Below, piece by piece: positions 36,259 to 47,500 of a DNA stretch of 64,000 bases. Position 1 is the first letter of the stretch; every line of letters starts with the position of its first letter. This stretch comes from Macrostomum lignano (lineage: Eukaryota), in NCBI GenBank assembly GCA_002269645.1, contig NIVC01000636.1:271646-335645 (forward strand), written 5' to 3'. The notes below the pieces were generated by a model. It was not told the origin of the DNA, made no database searches, and worked only from the letters and a program-made list of their open reading frames with translations. A program made the translations under genes and the position numbers.

Positions 36259-38310
36259 ATTGAAGTTAAATGAATTTGTAGCTCATATAAATCAACACTC
36301 ACACAAAGTCAGGTAGAGTAAAAGTCACATGAAGCAGTTATGATATAATTAATTTCTTAGGCAGTCAGTATCAGTGTCTATACTAACAATATGGTTAGGC
36401 AATATAAATCAAGTACTGTGCTATGCTTCTACACTCAACACTAATGCAATTCAACTAGTATACAGACAATAAATAAAAAGCCTATTGTGATGCAATCTAT
36501 TTCAGAATCAGAATTCAACCAGTCAGTTTTTTTCTTAGCATTCTTATGATGCATTTAAAGTTGAAAGAGCTGCTTGACCTTTGCAAAAAGCATGTTTTTC
36601 AAATATTTAATCCCTTTAGCATCAAGCAATTTCTTAGCAACATTGCAAGTACTGTCATGGAAAAATTTCTGATTGAACAGTGCATGTTCAAAGAAAATTG
36701 GCTTAGCCATTTTTGCTAAAACTGATCACATACTTACCTAGATAGATAGATACCTACCAACAGACCATTTTTAGTATATAGAAAATGTTATTCTTAAAAA
36801 AGTGGCAATTTTTTTCTAGTTCTTTTAATTAAAGCATGTTTAAAGCATTATATGGCATTTTTTTGTTTTACAATACTTGCACTTTGTGTCAATTTTGTTA
36901 TATAATACCCATTGGAAATTAGTGAGAATTGAAATAGATGTAGCTTTGATTGCAAAAATGTTTCAATCATAGCTTGCTAGCACACAATCCTTATATTCAC
37001 TTTCATTATACAATGCCCTTAATGGAGAATTTGTTAAGAATGCATTGTAAAATGAAAGTGAGGAGGTATAGAAGCAAAAATAAGGGAGAATATTAAGAAT
37101 TGGATATAGCCATGAAGAATCTTACAATTTTAGCTTATTAGTGCACAATCCTTATATTCACTTTCATTATAGGCCTACGATGCCCTCAATAGAGAATTTG
37201 TTAAGAATACATTGTAAAATGAAAGTGAGGGGGATATAGCAAATAAATGAAAGACTGAAAAGAAATGGGTATGACTGTTAACAAATTATCCCTTATTTTC
37301 ATTTTTATCCCCCTCACTTTTGTTTTAGAATGCATTCTTAATAAAGTCTTATATATTGGTCTATCTATCAAATTGCAGCCATTTGTTGTCTTGGTATCTA
37401 TTTTCTTAATTAACTAGTATTTCTAAAGCTGCTAAAAATTATCATTGATTTTAAATGAGTGACCAATAGTACAAAATTATATTTACACTACTATAAAAGT
37501 ACAACATAATATTGGTTAAAATTATTTCTATACATACTTCTGAAGAGTCAGAATCAACATTTGAAAATTGACCTTCCATTTTTTGCAAATTGCAAGTGTA
37601 GTGTCCTGATATATTGCTAATCCTTGTTTTGTAAAAGGTTTTGTTTATTCACTCAAATTTTGGATGCAATAATAAAAATATTATGTTGCATCTTTATTTG
37701 AAGAATAACAGCATTGTTTATCTATAGACCAACACATTTTTTTGTTTTTTTTCTACAAAGACATTTAATCACTCTTTAATTGGTGGTTCCTTAAAATTAG
37801 AAAGGATAGGTAGTAGATAATGGATAATGGATAATAGTAAAAGATGGCCGGTAGAGGGGGGGTTGCTACTTTAGATATATTAGATAGGTAAGTACTAGAT
37901 AACACTGTATATTAGTAGCAATTTTAGTGTATATAAGTCACACTTTGGAAGATTTTAAAAGATTAGAAGATTGTATTTTGTCATTTGAACTAGAAATGAT
38001 CAAATAGATTTACATCATGGCTATATTGATATATTGCCATGATAAAACTGGTTTCTTTATATACTTTAGTCAAATTTAATAATAGTAAGAGGCTGCCAAA
38101 GCCACTTTTCAATTCTAAGCAGATCTATAAAAGTATAAGGGATTATGTTATTTAACCTGACAATAATTTAGAGAAATTAGTCTAGTTGTACATATGCAGT
38201 TGGTTACTAGGCCCATTTGCCCATGGGTTAAATATGAGATTTGTCTATTTGTTTTAACTAAAGACAAAGTTATTAACTAATATAGTCATTTGTGGCTATC
38301 GCGCCTGCAG

Positions 38311-40266
38311 CACCGCCTGTGGTGCACTGGCTTAGTGCGCCATCTCTGGCGGCGTCGCAGGCGGCAGGCAGCCATTGTGGCCGCTGCCGTCACCGCCCTG
38401 CTGGCGCTCCTGCTGCTGGCCAGCGCCTCGCTCAGAAGGCCGCTGCCGCCGCCCTTCCAGCTGGAATCCGCCAGCACCATCGAATCCGTTGACCTGTTCG
38501 ACTCTCGCCGCGATGTCATCGTGCTGCTGCACATGCAGAAGACCGGCGGCTCGCACCTCAACCGCCAGCTCGTCTCCGGCTTGCGCCGACCCGACATGCG
38601 CTGCCAGTGCGGCCTCGGCGGCCTCGGCGGTGCGCGCCGGCGGAAATGGCGCTGCAGCTGCCGCAACAGCCGCGGCGACCTGTGGATTGTGAGCCGCTAC
38701 AGCACCGGCTGGCTCTGCGGCCTCCACGCCGACTTCGCCGCGCTGTCTGCCTGCGTGCCCGGCCAGCTGGCCGCGCTCGACTCCGACTTTGAGAGGCCGC
38801 GCCGCCTCCGCTACGTCACCATGCTGCGCCGGCCGGCCGACCGCTTCCTGTCCGAGTGGCAGCACGCGCGCCGCGGCGCCACCTGGCGGAAATCGCAGCC
38901 CACCTGCCGCGGCCGCCGGCCTCCGCCCTGCCGGACTGGCGACGGCGCCTGGCGCGGCGTCTCCCTGGCCGAGTTCGCCGCCTGCCGCGCCAACCCGGCG
39001 CTGAACCGGCAGGCGCGCATGCTGGCCAACGCCAGCGGCCTGCCCTGCCGGGCCGTCTTCGCCAACGGGAATCGAACCGCGGACCTACTGCTGGCCAGTG
39101 CGCTTCACAATCTGGTAGGGATGGCGGCGTTCGGCCTGACAGAGTGGCAGGTGAGCGAGCTGCTGGGAAGCTGGGACTTTTATGGAGTTGAGTATCTGGG
39201 ATATCTGATGGTGTTGAGGATCTGGGATATCTGATGGAGTTGAGGATCTGGGATATCTGGTGGTGTTGAGGATCTGGGATATCTGATGGAGTTGAGGATC
39301 TGGGATATCTGATGGAGTTGAGGATCTGGGATATCTGATGGAGTTGAGGATCTGGGATATCTGATGGAGTTGAGTATCTGGGATATCTGATGGAGTTGAG
39401 GATCTGGGATATCTGATGGAGTTGAGTATCTGGGATATCTGATGGAGTTGAGGATCTGGGATATCTGATGGAGTTGAGGATCTGGGATATCTGATGGTGT
39501 TGAGGATCTGGGATATCTGATGGTGTTGAGGATCTGGGATATCTGATGGAGTTGAGGATCTGGGATATCTGATGGTGTTGAGGATCTGGGATATCTGATG
39601 GAGTTGAGGATCTGGGATATCTGATGGTGTTGAGGATCTGGGATATCTGATGGGGTTGAGGATCTGGGATATCTGAATCTGATGGAGTTGAGGATCTGGG
39701 ATATCTGATGGAGTTGAGGATTTGGGATACTGAGGGAGCTGTAAAGACTCTTCAAGCGGATTTGCTGTTGTCACGCGGATGTCACTCCACCAAGCACCAC
39801 TCTCGGACCCGCGCAGATCCTGACGCAATACCTGCTGAGCAGGCGCCTCGGCCTGAGCTTCAGCCGCCTGTTCTGGCAGCAGGACGCCACCGTCGCCTCT
39901 AATTGGCGCGCCAGCGGCAACTTCAGCCTCGTCGCCGACGCCGGCGACCTCCAGCAGAGGCGACTGGCGGAGCTCGCCAACCCCGCCGACGCCCGCCTGT
40001 ACGCAGCGGCCGAGCGGCTGTTTTTCGGCCAGGCCCGCCGCCTGCTGGCTCGGGAGCCGCTGCTGTCGGCCGGCCAGCGGGCTCGAGTCCGGGACGCCGA
40101 CTCCGCAATCGGCGGCGACGCACTGACCGCGCTGGCCCGCCGGGTGCTGCTGGAGCTGGGCGCCGTTGAAGTGGACGACGCCGAGAAGGCAGACATCCGG
40201 CGCCGGGTGCGCAAGAAGCTCCTGCGGGCTGGCAACGACGAGGCCGAGTCGGATTCGAACTCGTGA
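38311..40266 (+). CDS. HS6ST: Heparan sulfate 6-O-sulfotransferase, 2 coding exons; initiator ATG not adjacent in the genome
   Basis: Exon 38311-39150 (TM anchor, LHMQKTGG 5'-PSB motif, WIVSRYSTGWLCGLHAD, YVTMLRRPADRFLSEWQHARRGATW, FGLTEWQ|GTGAGC) joins exon 39817-40266 (GCGCAG|ILTQYLL..., stop TGA). Begins at acceptor CCTGCAG|CAC. In-frame TAA at 38278. Confidence 0.93.
39185..39730. repeat. 26-bp minisatellite in the HS6ST intron (TGGGATATCTGATGGAGTTGAGGATC)
   Basis: Direct observation. Confidence 0.93.
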
Positions 40267-40424
40267 CTACGGATTCTAGACGGACTACAGCGGGTCCGGC
40301 TTGAGTTTCTGAGCCAGCTGCATGCTCTGTACCGGTAATGCGAACTGGGGATGGAGTTCGGCTGCTTTTGATTTTGTGCTGTGCCTTTATTGTAAGCAGG
40401 ACTGCTGCTGGCGGCTTCTGGCAC

Positions 40425-40795
40425 TGTCTGTTAGACAGACTGTTAGATTATCTGGGTCGGTTAGACAGGCTGTTAGATTATCTGGATCTGTTAGACAGAC
40501 TGTTAGATTATCTGGGTCTGTTAAACAGACTGTTAGATTCTGTAGGTCTGTTAGACAGACTGCTAGATTCTCTAGGTCTGTTAGACAGACTGCTAGACAG
40601 GCTGGATCTGTTAGACAGACTGTTAGATTATCTGGATCTGTTAGACAGACTGTTAGATTATCTGGGTCTGTTAGACAGGCTGTTAGATTATCTGGATCTG
40701 TTAGACAGGCTGTTAGATTCTGTAGGTCTGTTAGATAGACTGCTAGATTTTGTAGGTCTGTTAGACAGACTGTTAGATCATCTGGGTCTGTTAGA
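40425..40795. repeat. 30-bp minisatellite (TGTTAGATTATCTGGGTCTGTTAGACAGAC)
   Basis: Direct observation. Confidence 0.88.
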
Positions 40796-41174
40796 CAGTA
40801 GCTGCCAGGCCCACTAAGCAGCACCTGCTCTCGCTCAGCTCTGTGTACTCACTGTATTGCTTTGTATCGGTTGCAAAAGTACAGCCCCAGATAGTTCATG
40901 TACTGTAAGGCGCTTCATACTTGTACTTTAATATCGTATTGTTTGCGCGAAGATTGCTCAGTTCTGTATGCAGCAATTTTTTTTAAATTACTTTTTTACT
41001 CAGCTTTAATATGTTTTGTAATAACTGAATGCGCTGTGTCATTACTTAGGCTGTAAATTCACCTGCATAAGCGGTTTCCATTGCGCTGGTATTTAAACTT
41101 GTAATCAGCTTCATTTTAATGGGCTTGACTCCCTTCACGGGCAGTCGACCTTTAGGGATCCCAGTCTTCCGGCT

Positions 41175-41470
41175 GATAGTGGAGTAGCTGGTCACAATCT
41201 GCCAACTGATAAAGGGGTAGCTGGTCACAATCTGCCAACTGATAGAGGGGTAGCTGGTCACAATCTGCCAACTGTAGAGTGGTAGCTGGTCACAATCTGC
41301 CAACTGTAGAGTGGTAGCTGGTCACAATCTGCCAACTGTAGAGTGGTAGCTGGTCACAATCTGCCAACTGTAGAGTGGTAGCTAGTCACAATCTGCCAAC
41401 TGTAGAGTGGTAGCTGGTCACAATCTGCCAACTGTAGAGTGGTAGCTAGTCACAATCTGCCAACTGATCT
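41175..41470. repeat. 32-bp minisatellite (GGTAGCTGGTCACAATCTGCCAACTGTAGAGT)
   Basis: Direct observation. Confidence 0.88.
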
Positions 41471-41682
41471 GCCAGCTCAGCCATCTGCCAACTGCCGGTT
41501 CGATTTGCTTTTTGTGCCAGTTTTGAACTGCCGTTTGGCACACGCAATGATGCAGCGCTGAATTCTGGAATGTCCGGAATGTTTTTGACATGACATGACC
41601 GGGGTAGCTGTACGCCTGCTCTGCTTTTGCAGTTGCTGCTTTCTGATCTTTCTTGCTGCCGAAAACTGCGAGCTTGCAGTGC

Positions 41683-42520
41683 CGATCTGACCCACTGGTC
41701 TGATCTGCTGACCAAATCAGCTGATTTACTGACCAAATCAGCTGATCTACTGACCAAATCAGCTGATCTACTGACCAAATCAGCTGATCTACTGACCAAA
41801 TCAGCTGATCTACTGACCAAATCAGCTGATCTACTGACCAAATCAGCTGATCTACTGACCAAATCAGCTGATCTACTGACCAACTGGTCTGATCTGCTGA
41901 CCCAACTGGTCTGATCTGCTGACCAACTGGTCTGATCTGCTGACCAAATCAGCTGATTTACTGACCAAATCAGCTGATCTACTGACCAAATCAGCTGATC
42001 TACTGACCAAATCAGCTGATCTACTGACCAAATCAGCTGATTTACTGACCAAATCAGCTGATCTACTGACCAAATCAGCTGATCTACTGACCAAATCAGC
42101 TGATCTACTGACCAAATCAGCTGATCTACTGACCAAATCAGCTGATCTACTGACCAAATCAGCTGATCTACTGACCAAATCAGCTGATCTACTGACCAAA
42201 TCAGCTGATCTACTGACCAACTGGTCTGATCTGCTGACCCAACTGGTCTGATCTGCTGACCAACTGGTCTGATCTGCTGACCAACTGGTCTGATCTGCTG
42301 ACCCAACTGGTCTGATCTGCTGACCAACTGGTCTGATCTGCTGACCCAACTGGTCTGATCTGCTGACCAACTGGTCTGATCTGCTGACCCAACTGGTCTG
42401 ATCTGCTGACCCAACTGGTCTGATCTGCTGACCCAACTGGTCTGATCTGCTGACCCAACTGGTCTGATCTGCTGACCAACTGGTCTGATCTGCTGACCCA
42501 ACTGGTCTGATCTGCTGACC
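41683..42520. repeat. Compound minisatellite of two related 21-22-bp units in alternating blocks
   Basis: CTGACCAAATCAGCTGATCTA blocks alternate with CTGACC(C)AACTGGTCTGATCTG blocks. Confidence 0.9.
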
Positions 42521-42984
42521 AACAATTTTACGAGCTACTTTACCGGCAAATTGCAATTCATATTCACAAGCTTCGATAACTTTCTGTTGGCACAATTCAC
42601 ACGTACTTTACTGTTTAAATAAAGCACTACTGGCAATGGCAAGCCCGCAAGCATTGCTGGCTCCTGTTGGTTGCTATGCAATAAAATTCTGGCTTTGCGC
42701 TGTCACTCGGTTTGGCTTTCATCATTTCTGCATTCCCACGATTTGCAGCGGAAGTCTGCTTGGAGAGGCTGCATTGTTGAATGGCTTCTGAATGTTTCAG
42801 GAGCCCCCGCCATGAGGATGAAAATGAGGATCGAGCTGAAAAGTCCAGCTATTTCGAGTAGCTTCTGCTACCAGTAAGGGCTGGTGTCAGATTGCACTAT
42901 TGTTGTATGCATTCGCTGTGTGCTGGGGTGGATCCTGCAGTTGCGGACTGGGGCTTTGGAACTGCTGATCTGCGAGAGTAAAAA

Positions 42985-43980
42985 ACAGGCATCTGCCAGC
43001 ACTAGCTACCAGGCATCTACCAGCACTAGATACCAGGCATCTGCCAGCACTAGCTACCAGGCATCTGCCAGCACTAGCTACATGTACCAGGCATCTACCA
43101 GCACTAAGCTACCAGGCATCTGCCAGCACTAGCTACCAGGCATCTCTTAGCACTAGCTACCAGGCATCTGCCAGCACTAGATACCAGGAATCTGCCAGCA
43201 CTAGATACCAGGAATCTACCAGCACTAGATACCAGGCATCTGCCAGCACTAGCTACCAGGCATCTGCCAGCACTAGCTACATGTACCAGGCATCTACCAG
43301 CACTAAGCTACCAGGCATCTGCCAGCACTAGCTACCAGGCATCTCTTAGCACTAGCTACCAGGCATCTACCAGCACTAGCTACCAGGCATCTACCAGCAC
43401 TAGCTACCAGGAATCTACCAGCACTAGCTACCAGGCATCTCTTAGCACTAGCTACCAGGCATCTACCAGCACTAGCTACCAGGAATCTACCAGCACTAGA
43501 TACCAGGAATCTACCAGCACTAGATACCAGGCATCTACCAGCACTAGCTACCAGGCATCTCTTAGCACTAGCTACCAGGCATCTACCAGCACTAGATACC
43601 AGGCATCTCTTAGCACTAGCTACCAGGCATCTACCAGCACTAGCTACCAGGCATCTCTTAGCACTAGCTACCAGGCATCTACCAGCACTAGCTACCAGGA
43701 ATCTACCAGCACTAGATACCAGGAATCTACCAGCACTAGATACCAGGCATCTACCAGCACTAGCTACCAGACATCTACCAGCACTAGCTACATGTACCAG
43801 GAATCTACCAGCACTAGCTACCAGGCATCTACCAGCACTAGCTACCAGACATCTACCAGCACTAGATACATGTACCAGGAATCTACCAGCACTAGCTACA
43901 TGTACCAGGAATCTACCAGCACTAGCTACATGTACCAGGAATCTACCAGCACTAGCTACCAGGCATCTACCAGCACTAGC
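42985..43980. repeat. 24-bp minisatellite (TACCAGGCATCTACCAGCACTAGC)
   Basis: Direct observation. Confidence 0.92.
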
Positions 43981-44113
43981 TACAGTATCAAACAGCCCAA
44001 CCCATCAGACCCTCATGTAGGCGTATAGGCTGCAATTAAAAGCAGATGTAGAGCACAACTCCGAGCAGTGAAAATGACAGCCAGTCTCAAAAGCAGAAGC
44101 TGCAACAAGTGCG

Positions 44114-44310
44114 CGAACTCGGAAGAAATTTGCTGTTAATTTTCACCAAACCGAGAGTTCAGCAGCAGATATTGATACACCGAACTCGGAAGAATTTGCT
44201 GTTAATTTTCACCAAACCGAGAGTTCAGCAGCAGATATTGATACACCGAACTCGGAAGAATTTGCTGTTAATTTTCACCAAACCGAGAGTTCAGCAGCAG
44301 ATATTGATAC
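44114..44310. repeat. Three tandem copies of a 66-bp unit
   Basis: Units start at 44114, 44181 and 44247. Confidence 0.88.
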
Positions 44311-44530
44311 ACGAGAGGCGATGTGCGAGCATGAGGTGCGGTTATTGGAAAAACATTTCTCTTATGCAAAAAGCGGGGGAGGACGATGGTGCAAGTGTGA
44401 CAGAGTCATGCATGAGATGCTACACATCAGGAGTGAGTGGACATGCTGCGAGAGACGAGTTGCCTTCTTGCAGTGAGTATCAAATATTTATCATGTTGAG
44501 CTCCTGTCGAGCGGCCATTGCGCGGCCCGG

Positions 44531-47500
44531 CTAACTGTAATCAATGTAGCCCTTCTCTCGCCCTGTCGGCGACGCCGTGGTCGGCGGCTGCTTCTCCTTC
44601 GGCTTGCGGATCAGCAGGCCGTTGCGGTCGGTCCTGGGGATGATGCCACCCCGGTGGGCGTGGGGCCGCGGTGCCTCCCGGCTCACCGTGCGGTACACGG
44701 CGTGGAAGCCCTTAAAGCTGATCGTGTCGTCGCTGCGGAACCGGATGTGCAGACTCTGCCTGGAGGAGTAGATCGGCCCGTCCGGACCCTGGGGCGCGGG
44801 ATGAAGGGCAATATTTCATGGTGAATTAATTACATTTCGGCAGATTTTATTAAAGAAACACAAATCCTCCAGGATCTCCTGTGGAAATCCCTACTGGGGA
44901 ACACCTTGCAGGTAATCCCTACAGGGGAACACCTTGCGGGAATCCGTACTGGGGAACACCTTGCAGGTAATCCCTACTGGGGAACACCTTGCGGGAATCC
45001 GTACTGGGGAACACCTTGCGGGGGAACCTTGCGGGGGAATCCGTAGTGGGGAACACCTTGCGGGAATCCGTAGTGGGGAACACCTTGCGGGAATCCGTAC
45101 TGGGGAACACCTTGCGGGAATCCGTACTGGGTAACATCTTGCAGGGGAATTCGTATTGGGGAACACCTTGCGAGGAATCCATAGTGGGGAACACCTGACG
45201 GCAGTACGGATTACAGGTGGATACCTTGTAAATCCTCTGCAATGAAGTTTTTGCGAGTCCCCACTGGGATTAATCTCTTTATGGATATTTCGAGAAACCT
45301 TACTGAGAAATAACTACCGATATATGGAATTATCCTTTACCGGAGAAAAACTTTCTTTTTGGTAATAAAAAAGCATGGATTTGGGAATCCATGCAGGGAC
45401 TAACTACCCCGTTTGCTAAAGCTCAATTTAGCGGAAACAGAGTTCGAACCCCAGACGCTGACGCACCTTCCTCTCCCGCAGGTTGCCGCAGTAGCGGCCC
45501 AGCAACACACCTCTGTCGTTGTCGTCATCGAAGATGTCCACGTAGTCGTAGCTGCGGGTTGGCCGGAGCGGCGGGGAAGGTAGTGAGTTCCCCCAATCCC
45601 AATCTGGGAAAAAACTTCCACGCGTTCGGAATCAGAACGCGGCCAACTCACCCGCACTCGATTTCGCTCTCCAGCTCAAATGTCTCCATGTTGAGCACGA
45701 TCACCTCCTCGGGATTGGAGGTGGTGAGGGTCCAGTTGCAATTCTCCCTGGTCCCGTAGTCCTTGTCCCCGAAGCCGGCGTGGCTGTAGAAGCTCGCGTT
45801 CGCGGACGAGGCGATCAGCTGCCCACCGCAGACTGTTGAGTGACAGGTGTGGGGGGAGGCCCTGACTTTCTAATCGGGGTCAGGCAATCGCCTGTACACT
45901 GTTAGAACACTACTTCAGGCTACTGTTAGAACACTACTTCGCCTGAACACTACTTATAGTAGTTTATCAATTCGCGCTCCTCACTGGACGAGTGATCCGC
46001 ATTGAAGCCCTTCCGCTGCAGCGAGGAGTCGCTGACGAAGCCCACAAACATCGAGTTGCCGGTGCTGATCACCGGAGTCGGCGGCATCGCGTCGCCGCAG
46101 AAGACTCCGATTCGCTCCGAGGTGGCATCGGGACCGTCGCGGATCTCCACGTGGTCGTAGGCGCAGTCTGGATGGCGCTCGATTTCAAAGTGCTTGAACA
46201 CCTGGGGTGGGAGGAGGGGATCTCGAAGTGCTTGAACACCTGAGGAGAGGGAGGAGACTTTGACTTGACTTAGCTGCAGGGCTGTCCCGGAGGGGACACA
46301 GCGGGAAGGCGCGGGCGCCCATTCCGCTAGTCCCTGAACGGCCGAGAGGGAGGAGGGGATCTCGAAGTGCTTGAACACCTGGGGGTGGGAGGAGGGGATC
46401 TCGAAGTGCTTGAACACCTGAGGAGAGGGAGGAGGGGATCTCGAAGTGCTTGAACACCTGAGGAGAGGGAGGAGGGGATCTCGAAGTGCTTGAACACCTG
46501 GGGGTGAGAGGAGGGGATCTCGAAGTGCTTGAACACCTGAGGAGAGGGAGGAGGGGATCTCGAAGTGCTTGAACACCTGGGGATGAGAGGAGGGGATCTT
46601 GAAGTGCTTGAACACCTGGGGATGAGAGGAGGGGATCTTGAAGTGCTTGAACACCTGGGGATGAGAGGAGGGGATCTCGAAGTGCTTAAACACCTTGGGG
46701 TGGGAGGAGGGGATCTCGAAGTGCTTGAACACCTGGGGGTGGGAGGAGGGGATCTTGAAGTGCTTGAACACCTGAGGAGAGGGAGGAGGGGATCTCGAAG
46801 TGCTTGAACACCTGAGGAGAGGGAGGAGGGGATCTCGAAGTGCTTGAACACCTGGGGAGAGGGAGGAGGGGATCTCGAAGTGCTTGAACACCTGAGGAGA
46901 GTTAGGAGGGGATCTTGAAGTGCTTGAACACCTGAGGAGAGGGAGGAGGGGATCTCGAAGTGCTTGAACACCTTGGGGTGGGAGGAGGGGATCTCGAAGT
47001 GCTTGAACACCTGAGGAGAGGGAGGAGGGGATCTCGAAGTGCTTGAACACCTGGGGGTGGGAGGAGGGGATCTCGAAGTGCTTGAACACCTGAGGAGAGG
47101 GAGGAGGGGATCTCGAAGTGCTTGAACACCTGAGGAGAGGGAGGAGGGGATCTCGAAGTGCTTAAACACCTGGGGGTGGGAGGAGGGGATCTCGAAGTGC
47201 TTAAACACCTGGGGGTGGGAGGAGGGGATCTCGAAGTGCTTAAACACCTGGGGGTGGGAGGAGGGGATCTCGAAGTGCTTAAACACCTGGGGGTGGGAGG
47301 AGGGGATCTCGAAGTGCTTAAACACCTGGGGGTGGGAGGAGAGGATCTCGAAGGACTTGTAACTGCGATCCCCAGCTCCCTACTCAGAGTAGCCAAGCTC
47401 TGCTCATACCAGTTTGATGCGGTGCCCCGGCGTGGTGCGGAAGTTCCAGCTGCACCGCTTTTCCAGCGGGTACCTGCGGGGATAGTTGGGGCTGGAGAAC

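Larger units (their letters stand above)
32900..38280. other. Strongly AT-rich non-coding spacer between the divergent ARL5 and HS6ST genes
   Basis: Abrupt compositional change relative to the flanking GC-rich exons (by eye, not computed); no convincing ORF. Confidence 0.8.

Noticed and set aside
38290-38310. TTG start assigned for HS6ST (MWLSRLQ)
   Set aside because: Non-ATG codon in intron/outron-like sequence just upstream of a CTGCAG acceptor.
44114-44310. CRISPR-like or coding repeat (3 x 66 bp)
   Set aside because: The units are contiguous with no unique spacers, the context is eukaryotic, and the 22-aa repeat ORF has no support.
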